Source: Camelus dromedarius
Lineage: Eukaryota
DNA length: 64,000 nucleotides
Assembly: GCF_036321535.1 (NCBI RefSeq)
Contig: NC_087436.1
Span: forward strand, 4,216,001 to 4,280,000
Direction: 5' to 3'
Each line of letters starts with the position of its first letter. The stretch's first letter is position 1. Below the pieces are notes generated by a model, which searched no databases, was not told the origin of the DNA, and was given only the letters and a program-made list of their open reading frames with translations. Shown here piece after piece: positions 16,293 to 29,274 of the stretch. The position numbers were made by a program, and so were the translations under genes.

Positions 16293-17047
16293 CTGCTGCA
16301 TAAACAACTCCTGGACCTGAAGGAGGAGTCGGGTGTGCAGGCACCCACCAGTCACAGTGCAACCCACTTGGACTCAAGTCCTCGTGAGTCTGACGTCAGC
16401 CAAGATGACATGAAGCATGACCAAGGCCCCCAGCTAGGGGTCAGAGATGAAGACAGACAACCAGAGATTGATTCTGAGGAACATATAAGGCGTTATCGAA
16501 CAGACAGTGGCCCGTTCAGGCCCAAACCCTTTCTTCTCTCCAGGACATCAGCGTTTCCCTCCATCCTGGGCTGGACAGCCCCTCTCTCCTCCCCAGGGTC
16601 AAAGGTGCACTGCACCGAGCCTGGGACCCAGGGATGCCTCAGATCTCAGAGAGACCTCTCCTGCTAGGAAGGCCCCAGGACCAAAGGATGTGTCTGGTGA
16701 GGACAAGGAGGAGCCCCCCAGCCTGGACTTTATCTTGGCCTCTCAGAGCTCTGCCCCAGAGCCCTTGAGACTAGTCTGCCCTGGAGGTCGAGGGGCTCCC
16801 CAGGCCCCCTCCCCTCAGAGAATCGGCGTCAGCCCAGCTCCTCCACGAGCTGCCAAGTCTAGGACGTGGGCTCTGTGTGCAGGCCAGGTGTCTGCTGAGA
16901 AGCTGCCCCTGCCCAAGCCTGACCTCGGGATCTCTGGGAGGCCAGCCTGACTCTGGCGCTGGTTCACCCTCACAGCCAGAAAAGAGGAGGTGTGGCCCAC
17001 TTGTTGCAGGGAGGAGGAGGAGGAGGAAGAGGCACTGCAGTCAGTAG
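16293..17047 (+). pseudogene. NUT family member 2 (NUTM2)-like terminal exon, frameshifted and orphan
   Basis: After acceptor ccctcccaccAG (16291-16292): LLHKQLLDLKEE..A.HLDSSP..; then SPPQ..PSLDFILASQ..PQAPSPQRIGVSPAPP.AAKS..AEK; then SQPEKRRCGPLVAGRRRRRKRHCSQ* (TAG 17045-17047), the NUT-family C-terminus. Frameshifts near 16535 and 16948. AATAAA at 17284-17289. Confidence 0.85.
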
Positions 17048-18199
17048 GAAACAGCAGGCCAGCCCTCCAGTGCCAGCCCCCCAGGGGGCCGACAGGGCAG
17101 CTTAGCGGCTCCTCCTCATCCAGTGCTGATCTTGGGTGATGCAGGGGGCAGGGAGGGAGGGCAGGCGGGGAGGGTGGGACCAACAGGGCCATGTTGGAGG
17201 GGAGTGGGGAGTTACAGGGTGGGGGAGGTGGGTCTGGGTGGCTGTGGGTGGGAGCAGCACCTTGGGGGGATGTGTAAAATGTGAATAAAAACAGTTTTGT
17301 TTGGAAATGTTCTCAGGCCACTGTAGTCTTATTCATGTCTACCCTACTCCACAGAGAGGGGTCCTGAGAGGGAGGATGAGGAGGTCTCAGAAGCTATGGA
17401 TCCACAGGTGGCCGACTAGATCTTCCTCCACACTGACACGGGGTCCTCAGATGCTCCTGGGAGTCCCCAACACTCACTGTCCCCAGGAACCCCCGCATTG
17501 TCCTCTTCTCTCAACCCTGACTGGCCACGGGCCTGTGGGGCATCCCATCATCATCTGCATCCCTGAACAAACTAGGGACAGAGAGCTGTTTTTGTGTCTT
17601 TCAGGCCTCTGGACACTCACCAGTTCTCTAGACTGCAGCCTGGAGACAGCCCTGGTCTTTGGGGAGCTTCTCTCTGCTTCCCTGCAGTGGCCGGATGACA
17701 GGCCAGGGCTTCCAGTCTGGGTGTCCTGACCAGAGAGGAAGAGCCTGGGCCTGAGAGACAGGACTTTCTGCCCCTCTGCCCCGTTGCAGAGGGAGCCTCC
17801 TCTAGTCTCCTGGGATTCCTGCAACCTGGGGACTGGGGAGTGGTGCAGGCAGCTCCCTCTTAATCCCAAGGACACAAATGGAATGGGCTGAGAGGAAGTT
17901 CGTGGGGGACCTGTTAAAGGTGTGTAAAAGGGGAATGAAAGTAGGCGCTGCTGTGGGATTTGTGGGATTGCTGTGTGGGAGCATCTTGTCCAGCTGAGGG
18001 TTTCTAAGGTGCTGGGGTTTGAGCGCTGATTTGGGCACTGGTTAGTTTGCATGCATGTGTTTAGTCTGTAAGATTATAATATGTGCACTGTTCTGCATAT
18101 ATATTACACTTCAACTAAAGTCAAAAGTTAAAAAATAAACTTAAAAATTTAAAGTATAACATAAAAAGGAGAAAAGCAGAAAAGGGCAATTATCACAAA

Positions 18200-19220
18200 A
18201 CTGAGGATAGCGGTCACCTCTAGAAGGGGATTTGATAAGATACTTCTAAAGAACTAACAATATTCTATTCTACAATTTGCACAATAATTACATTATTAAT
18301 TTATTTTTTTAAAGGTATGTTTTGCATTTGTTTAAATATGTCAAATTGAAATTAGAAGTGGCAAAAAAATACTCCAATAAATGTAAAAACAAGTAAAATA
18401 AATACCTAGAAATATATATAAATTATCAAGAAGAAATAGAAAATATAAAATCAAGTAACGATTTGTTAAAAAATTTTTGAATCAGTAGTTTAACATGTTC
18501 CCATCAAAACAAACAAAATCCAGGTTCAGACTGCTTTACAAACAAGTTCTACCAAACTTTAAAGGACTCAATCATTCCAATTTTACAGAAACAGAAATAG
18601 TATACAAAAAAAGAAGGAACATCTCCTAACTAATTTTGTAAAGATGGTCTAATTTTGATACCAAAACCAGAGGAGAGCCTGAGAAAGGAAACACCACAGG
18701 ACGACGTCATTCATGAACACAAGGAGACAACCCCGAGCATCTATGAGCAAACCAAAGCCAGGGGCAGATGACAGCGATGGTCCCTCACGACCACGCTGGG
18801 CTTAACCCCAGGAACATAAAACTGATTCAGCATTAGAGAAACCTTTTAATGTTATCTGAAATTTGGAATAGATTAAAGAAGAAAAATCACATGAAAATTT
18901 CCAGAGAAGCAGTGAAAAAGCATTGCAGAAAATCAACAATCATTCAGGATTTTAAAAAACTTTGAAAAACTTGAAAATAAAAAATGAATAAGAAAAACTA
19001 TACTAACACCAAAAGAATGGACAGCCCTTCTCATCCAATTAAAGCTTTACTTTTAACATCAGCAATGCCCACTCTCACCACTGCTCTTAAGACAGGAAAA
19101 GAAAAAAAGTGTAAGTGATGAAAATAAACAAAATTGTCATGATTTTCAGATGATATGCTTGTCCTAAAAGAATTTCTGCACAATTTATTGGAATAAGACT
19201 TTATTACAGAAAAAAAAAAT
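18200..19220 (+). mobile_element. Old degenerate L1 (L1M-type) fragments, mostly ORF2
   Basis: ccaggttcagactgctttacaaacaagttctaccaaactttaaagga, ttgataccaaaaccag, tttcagatgatatg (FADD-like region). Confidence 0.75.
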
Positions 19221-22200
19221 CATGCCCTCCCCTTTCCACTCTCTGTCCTTTTAATCACATTTTGGTTTTCTTCACAGCACCTACGGGTAGCTGAAGCATC
19301 ATGTGTGCAGGACAGTCCACCTTCCCCGCTGAGAGTAAACTCCTGCAAGCACTGGGCCGGGTCTGGTCCCCAGGCTGCTCCAGTGCCCGCACAGTGGCCA
19401 GGGCACAGGGTATTCATGTTTGTTCAATAAGCTAACCTGCAGTCTCATTATGGTTTAAAATATAATCATTTACCATCCCCTCCCCTCAAAACACCCACAC
19501 ATCACTTGCCCACAGCAACTCTACCCCTGTGTACCCAAGAGAAGTGAAAATATATGTCTACCTAAGAACTTAGAGATGAATGTATACTGCAGAATCATTC
19601 ACAACAGACAACAGACAAAAACTGGAGACATTCCAAAAGTCCATAATCCAGTGAAGCCATCCAAGTAATTACTGTTTGATGACAAAAGGCAACATAAGTA
19701 CTTCTCCTGGTAATAACATGGATGAATCTCAAAATACTATATGAAAACACTAGATAAAAAACTTTTTGGAATGATGAAAATGTTCTAAAATGGGACTGTG
19801 GTGATGACTGCACAACTCTGTAAATCTGCAGTGAACTGAACATTTAAATTTTATACTATGTTGATACAGTCGTTTTAAAGTAGAAAACAAGGGACAGCCT
19901 CCTGTTGCTTGCTGTTTGGTCAATTTTTAAAAAACCAGTATGGTATAAAGAGTGGGATGAGCATTTTAAAGGAGTTTGTTAACATGAATTAATGAAGTCC
20001 AAACTGCAAGATGTGGGACCCTGACAGTTAGCAGCAGCTGCAGTCTCAAACTCTCTCCCTAAGCCCGGCCCCTCCAGTCTGCCTTAAAGGGAATTCTCAG
20101 AGTCTGCACTGGACCCCACCACCAGCATCCCCCCAGCAGCCAGGCAGGAGGCTCTGGGAGTACTCGGGCTTGGAAATACAAATCCATCAGTGCCAGCACT
20201 AAATGCAAACTACAGCGAAAAAGTTTGAATTTGTGTAGAAGATTCTGACTGGTTGAAAAAAAAAACTTAACTTTCTGGGTTAGGATGTGCCACCAACTTT
20301 TTTATTTCTCAACCATAGTTTTACATCTTACAACAGATTATGTAATTCTTAAATAGGGGGGACAATCATATTACAGCTTCAGAGTCTCAAAATTATTTTA
20401 TGGGGCATATGTAACAAAAAGAAAAGTATCTGCTAACTCCAGGAACTGCTCAGAGGTGGTTTAATCTTCATTTAATAACGATAAAAAGATTAACCCACTT
20501 TAAAAATAGGTTTGTGCATGAGCCACCTTTATCAGTTTTCCAAAGGCAGAAAAATAGGCAGTCACTTAAAATTAAATGACTTATGAATAACCTCTGAAAA
20601 AAAAGTATCTTAGACCTGTGTTTGTGATAAGTGCTATAACAAAGAGAAATAAAAGGAAACTCTTTAGAAGGAACCTAAAGCCAAGGCCTGACCAAGCCTT
20701 TTTAATCCTCTCTCCAAGCCAAGCATCCACCGACCACGAGCTGCCTCGGGACCTGGTGTTTTTTTCACTGAAGTAGCTGAACACCTAGTCTGTGTACTAG
20801 TGCACACACATACCACTTGCTGAATTAATTAGTAACTGGGAAGCCCAGGTGGAGTTAGCAGCTCTGTCCAGAATGATCTCCTATCAGTGTTTTCACAGAG
20901 TGACGCAGTAATCTATTTCCTTATCAGTCTGTCTCCAACAGGGCCTGCAGCATCCCTCAGGGAGGCCGGGAACGGGACCAGGGCCTGGCAGAGAAGATGC
21001 TCTGACTGTTAAATCTCACCAGGAGAGGGGGCTGCCCTAGACCACACAACTGTGTGACCCAAGTCTAGCAGTCTCACTTCCGCAGACTCTGCTTTGCACT
21101 CCAGGATAATGTCCAAGAGACAGGTGATGGACCCTGGCTCCGCCAGGCCCGCTCACTTCCAGGGAGTGACGACCAGAGCACTAGCCCGAGGCTAAGGGCT
21201 CAGCTCACCTACGTGTTTCACCCAATCCTCCCAACCCTGAGGTGGGTATCGCTACCCTCTCTCTACAGGACAGAAAAACAAGCTCAGGTCACAGATAGGT
21301 GTCCAGAGCCCACACTCTTACCTGCTGTACTGTACAGACTCCCAGCCATGGCCTCAGATAATCTGCTCTGAACTCAGTCAGTGTGTGGTGGGTTCTTGGG
21401 TGTTTACTGTTAGGCTGCATAACTCAGATGTTACATATGTATCCAATATTCAATGAATTGTAAAGAATGCCACCCAGTTTGGCTGCCACACCCACACTGC
21501 CAGAGACAGGAAGGCAGAAGGGCCCTGAAACCAACCCAAAGCCCCTCTCCTGCCTAAAAGACTTTGCCCTCCCCTTCTTTCCTCCCCCCCCCCCCCCAGT
21601 GCCCAACAGCAGGCCTCGGCCCAGCACAAGAAGAGCAGGGGAAGCAGCACCAAGAACTAACCTGGTAAGTCAGAGGTCAGCGGGAGACAGCTCATGACCA
21701 CCCCCACCTCACTGCGCCACCTTAGAGAGGCCCAGCCTTATCAAATGATGCCACCTGGGCCTCCGGTGCTCAGACCAGTGGTGGACACTGGCCCAAGCTG
21801 GATCAGATTCTCTCCCCCAGGAGTCAGAGTGCTCTGAAGACACATACCTCTGGGCAGCTAGGGTCAGCTCTCTTCTGCCAAGTGCATGGGGATGTGGTAA
21901 AAGAGAAGAAAACAGCTGTGCAGAGATGCAGGATGCAAGAAGATTTTGTAAATGTAAAGACGGAGGGGAGTAGCTGCCTTGGTCTAGTTTTCAGTTCCTG
22001 GTTACATCCATACCTGAAGCTTTAACTGCTCTTCCTGTCCCTGCAACACCATGAGAAATATCCCTGGATCTTAATCACAGACTCCCCAATTTCTACAGCC
22101 CATTTTCTACAAGTCGTGCCTGAAATGCTTTACCACCCTTCCCCACCTTTCACCCAGCTAGCCCCACGTCATTCTCCAGGTCCCAGCTTAAACAGTACTT

Positions 22201-25200
22201 CCTCCAGGAATCCCTCCCAGACTACTCTTCAATCCTTTGTTCTACCTTTGATGGGTATAAAAGGGAGCACTCTGCACCTCGTCATATTGAGTAAATGGGA
22301 TTACTTTCCTGTTAGGCTCTAAACACCAAAGTGTAAAAACTACTTCAATCCTACTGCTTAGCACATACGTCAGGTACGCGCTCAATAACGTTACGAAGCG
22401 AATGAAGCTCAAGAAACTGGTGGGGAACATAGGAGGAGTGAGAAGGATAAACACTGATGAACACCGTTCTGATAAAAATGAAGCTGCGTTGACCCTACCT
22501 CCCTCACCCCTTCCAAGTTTCTGGTTCCTCCCTCTTCCATCTCCACAACAGGCCCAAGTTGGTCATGACAATCATCATTTTATACTTTGGTGCCAACACA
22601 TTCAGGAACCCAGGCTGGTGGAAGCACATTTCAAGGTAACTTGCTGTAATAGAGGAAAGTCTACAGTAGTTCAGGAAAAAAAGAATTACATGTTTTGAGG
22701 TCTAGACAAATCTCAGTTCTGCTATACATTTACTGGCTGTGAACCTTAGACAAGGCACCTGAGACCTGGTTTCCTTATCTGTAAGGTTAAAAACAAACAA
22801 ACAAACCTCAAAGATGAGGATGAAAATGACCCTGAAACCATAGCATCTAAGGCAAGCCTGCAACTGTTAGTCAGCTGGTCTGCACCCCACCCCCAGCTCC
22901 TACCAGCCACGGCCGGCTTCAGAGCCCAGAGCCTGCCCTAAGACTGCCCATCTGAGGGACCCTGGAGAACATCTATCCTGCTGGCTTTCCAATGTATGGG
23001 AGCCCCAAGAAGTGAAAGAGAAAAGAAAACAAAAAGGAAGACAAAGCATCTCAGGGTTAGGAGGTGGGTGGGCAGAGCGGGCTGGACACGGGGTGGGGTA
23101 GCTCGAGATGTTTCTTGGGGAATCGGTTGTTTTCTACTTAGTAGGTACATTACTGCGAGCAAAGTAAGAAATAAACTATATATAGTTCCCGGAAAATTCA
23201 ACTTGGCCACTTTTCATAAAAATCTTTTTATTAATGCTTGAGAATTGAGAACATACAAATTAAATTCAGCAGAATGGCATATCAATTACAGCCAATTACA
23301 GCCAACCACCAGGAGTACATTACTAGGGATGTTACTAACATCAAAATGAATTTTGTTTGCATTTTACTTGTGCTCAAAACTGTTCAGAGACTCTGGATTT
23401 TCTGTTGCTCATGTAAGATGGTCTCCTCAAATCTTTGAGCTCCAAAAACCAAACAAGAGGCTTCTTTATTAAAAAGTTACATTAACTGTTAAGCCAGCAC
23501 AACTAGGAATCTGGTCTGGAGCGTCTGTAAAGGATTTATACTACTGCTGGTCCTGCCTTCCAAACAGGTGGTACCAAAACCCAGCAAAGTTCCAGGGAGG
23601 GGTGGGGAGAGTGCTAGAGCCGAGAGTAATAAGGACAAGGTCATGGAGGAGATGAAACTCAGAAGGAGGCAGGACCAGCCCAGGGCCCAGACTTTCTTGA
23701 GAATGGGCTGGAGGGAAACACCACTGGCATCTTAACAGGATGCTCCTCGGGTGCAGGGACTGACTGTGTGGCATGCGCACTGCATGCGGGTCATTTGGCA
23801 CGTCCACCTCCACCACATACACACCGAAGGCCAATAACACCTCCAATCAATGTAACAGCAAAAAGCAAAACAAAACCCACATACATTTTAAAATGCCCCT
23901 GGAGATAGGGAAAAAAATCACACCCACTGTGTGCCCTTAAATAAACAGAAAGAAGAGAGAACAAGCACGGTAGGTAGGAAGTCAAAGAGAGATGAGGGAA
24001 ACACAAAATTTGATGAGGAACCAGCAGAAAAAAGGCATCCTTCAATGACCTTCACCTACCAGGTCAAGTCCCAGCTGCTTAGAAAACAAAGTCCTTCAGA
24101 ACTCAGCCCGGCCCATCCCAGCTGCCTCCCCTCCAGCCCTCTCCCCAAGGTGCCCACCCACACCCTCCCTTCCCAGACAACTCTTGGTTTCCCTGACCGG
24201 ATGTGCCGCGCTCAGACCTCCGTGCCTTGTCATGTGCATTCTCCTCTACCTGGAGTGCACTTCTTAAGGCAAACTCCCAGTCATACATCCACACCCAGCG
24301 CCAAGGTTTGCGAAGCCAGACACAGGCAGCCCCACACCAGCCCAGCCTTTTGTCCCCAAAGCACTCCCCACGGGCCTTCTGTGCTCCCACCCAACTGCAC
24401 CCCACTGTCTGTAGCAGGAGCTACTGAAGGGCAGGCGCCCCTTGAGTCCTCGCAGGGAACTGGCGCTCAATGAATTCTAAGTGAATGACCCTGCATGAAA
24501 GGTTCTTGTAAAAGGCTAACAAAGCAAATCACACAGAAAGCAGACAATAGATATTTTCTACTATTGAAAGCATGTATTTTCTAAACTCTGATCTTTGGTT
24601 GAGTATCACTCAGGAACCAGACAGAGATGCTCTACCACTTCCTAGCTTGGTATCTGTGGGCAAATGAAGTAACCTCGCTGTGTCTCAAATTTCCACTTAG
24701 TGAAAGGAAACATCCCTGCAGTGTGGGTAAGAGGACTAATTGACATGCTTAAAAAAAAAAAAAAAAGAGGAAGTGTGCACTAAATGGCAGTTCTGACTAG
24801 CCTGCCGCAATCACAGACACCTTAACAGGACTGGATACTCTACCAGGAATGTGAGTACAACGAAATTTTGGTTAAAACTATGTTTTTAGGAGAGCTGAAA
24901 GTCAACAAATCCAACAGCTTGTCCTCCAGCTGCGCTGTGCTCTCTACAGTTCTCAGTACAGATCCCTAGTGACCACTATGTCCCCCGGCTCCGCTGACAA
25001 TGTGGACTCCCGGGTCTCTGGTCTCTGACCACACCTCCTCCTCTAGCTTGCCCATCATGGACACCTGAAGTCAGGCATTCCTTCGGCTCAGCTCACACAT
25101 TTTTTCTCATCTTGTGCCCTCTCAAGGCTTCAATTAAGATCTCTATGGAGATGACCCCACGACTTCTCAGTCACAGTCAGAAAACATTTCAAGCTGAATT

Positions 25201-26421
25201 TATCCAACATACTTACCTTAATTAGGTCATGAAGCATACAGCTTCAGCTTCTCTCATACCATTTTTTTTTCCTTTTCTCCTGAGTCTTATACATCACACC
25301 AGTCCTCAGCTTCCTCTTCTTTGCCCACCTCTTAAAACTACTTGCTTGTCACGGTTCCTTCTTTGCTCTTTCTGTTCTGTCTCCCTGGTTCTTAAACTCT
25401 CTGGGATAATGAATGCTTTGAAAATCTACTAAATGCTATGGATTATTTACTAAAAAGATAAACACACAGAATATATGCATGCAATTTCACCTAACCAATG
25501 ACCTCAAATAAGAATCTGTGTTCATCCACACGAGACTACCACTTACACAAATTTTCATCTAGATGCTATATCCCTTTCATTTTCAGGATGCTTCTAGATA
25601 TAGCCTAAAGGGCCTCATAAACTAGCATCATAAACTTAACGAGTCCAAACCAGAATGCAGTATTTCTCCTTAACAAACCTCCTCTGCCTACAGTATTCCT
25701 TCCACCATGCCCCCAAGCTAGAAGCCTTGGAATTAACAACCTTCCTCATACCACACAACCACGTCCTGTCTCAGGATCTCTCCCAAATCCAAATCCCACC
25801 TCTTCAGCCTCTTACCCTGTAAGACCTCATCATCCTTTGCTTCATCCCATACCTTCCATGATGAAAAGTCCACCACTCCTCTGATAGCCCCTTACTGACT
25901 CTAACATCTCCATTTCCCATGCCACTACATCACTTCACCTCTAGAAGGTCACACAGTCTGATTCTTCACCTCAGTTTTCTCATTTCCACCAGTGTTTATC
26001 TAGATTCTCCAAATATCTCAAAACTGATCGTGTGCCTGCCTCTTTTCAAATACTCTGATGCTTCTCCATTGCACAAATATAAAATTGAACTCTGTTCTGC
26101 CTACAGAGTCCTCCACAATTTGCCACCTAATTCCTTTTCCAGGATTGGATTCCACAGCTTAGACTGTCACTTGCACCTGTCTTCATATCAAAACCACACC
26201 CACTGGTAAAGGGCTCAATTCAAACTCCACTCTTTATATCCTCTATGGAACGATTAGGAAAGGACTTTGCACAGAAAAGGCAAATTCCTAATGAAAAGGT
26301 TCAGAAAATGAAAAAAAAAATCTTCCTTAAAATCGTTAAGTCTTTCGAGAAACATTAAGCTTTAAAAAATATCAGCTCCAGAAGTCTCCATCAGCACAAA
26401 ATACCACAGGTAGCTGGTTCT

Positions 26422-26459
<38 letters not shown>

Positions 26460-26799
26460 ACCCTCCCCGCATTCCATGAACTTTTCTGAGGGATCTGAAG
26501 CCAGACAAGGGAGCCTGCATGCGGTTCTGCAAGAACTCCATCAAGGCTGCATACATACTAAGCACTAAAGCAGTAACTGGAAAAGTCCACAGTCACGGTG
26601 CTAAAGCGTCTGAGTGCCCTTATGCTAGTACTGGAGCTCACGCGGGGCACAAGGGGAAAAAAGTCAAATTAGGCCCAACTCCAAATGACCCCTTAAGAAA
26701 TCATGACAGGAATACCAACTCAACCTTCCTGAAACGGGAACAGTACCAAAGTCCACTTTAAAACTTCAAGATTGAAACATTTCACACCAACACTGGTGC

Positions 26800-27770
26800 C
26801 GCTCATGCTTAGAAAGGCTGCGCAGGAGAGCAGCCCTGGCAGCACAGAAGGGGCTGAAGCAAAGCCGGCAGCGGAAAACGCAGGCGACGGGGGCAAACGA
26901 GATGATGATTTCGGGGCTGTGCACACACGCCGCTGCCGACCGCTTTCCAGACCACGGCCCCGCCGCGAGTATCTGAAGGACTTCGCAACTTCAGAGTCCG
27001 ACGTCAAGGGAAGGCCGCGAGGGGAGCGCCCGGGGATTGGGGCCCTGTTACCGTTCTGGGGGTCCCTGAGTGTCCGGGTCCCGGCCTCCACCTCCCCGAC
27101 TTCCCAATCCCCCACTCCCCGCGCCCAGCGACGGCCGGCCCGGGAAGTGCCGCGAGCATCGCCCCAGCGCGAGCCGCCCGGCCCCGCCCGAGACCCCCAG
27201 TGCGCGGACGGCGGGGCAGCCCTGCTGGGGTCGGGGCCGGGCTCGGGGTTGGGGTCGCGGGTCCGGGGGCCGACGCCGCAGCTGCGCCCGCCGAGGCCGG
27301 ACGGGGGGCCGCGAGGGCGGGCGCTGGCGGCACGCGGGGCGCGGACACTCACCACACCACGCCGGGGGAGCCCTCGCCGGTGTAGCAGCTTGCTGGAGCG
27401 CCGCCCACGTCGAACACATGCCCGCGGACCATCTCGGGGCCGCGCCGCTGCCGCCGCCGCGTTGAACAAGAAGCTCCGCGGCCGCCGCTCGGCCAGCCCC
27501 GCGCCTCCCGAAGGGACTGCGCTGCCGCCGCTGCTGCCGCTGCAGCTGGCTCGGGGGAGAAGGGCCGGCGCCGCCCGGGAGAACCGCAGAACCGCAGAAC
27601 CGCAGAACCGCCAGCTGCTCCGACAGCCTGCCGCCTGACTGCCTGACAAGCTGACCTTCGGGGGGGCAGAGGGAGGGGCGGGGCGGGGCGGAGGAGGGCG
27701 CCGGGGCGGGGCCTGGAAGCGTGCGCGCGGATTGGCTCTCGTGGCCCCGGGGGCGGGTCTGGTGTCCCCA
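26800..27770. promoter_or_regulatory. CpG island / MAPK1-derived promoter oriented to the minus strand
   Basis: Very high GC and CpG density. Several GGGCGG boxes (27676-27757) and a CCAAT box on the minus strand (attgg at 27731-27735) upstream of the exon 1 homolog. Confidence 0.85.
27353..27465 (-). pseudogene. MAPK1: Degenerate copy of MAPK1 (ERK2) coding exon 1, followed by intron sequence
   Basis: Reads (GCG)n..GPEMVRGHVFDVG......YTGEGSPGVV|gtgagtgtcc, versus ERK2 [40 protein letters not shown]. First ATG absent, internal ATG at 27432-27430 retained, donor GT at 27352-27351. No further MAPK1 exons recognised in the window. Confidence 0.9.
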
Positions 27771-27797
27771 TAGATTTGTAGCATTTTTGCCTATCAG

Positions 27798-29274
<1,477 letters not shown>

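Noticed and set aside
19900..26700. Searched for MAPK1 exon 2 onward and for YPEL1 exons
   Set aside because: None recognised; the region looks intronic or intergenic with MIR/L2-like remnants.
26720..27784. 354-aa and 288-aa overlapping ORFs
   Set aside because: Arg/Pro/Gly/Ala-rich products of stop-poor CpG-island DNA; the only real homology is MAPK1 exon 1.
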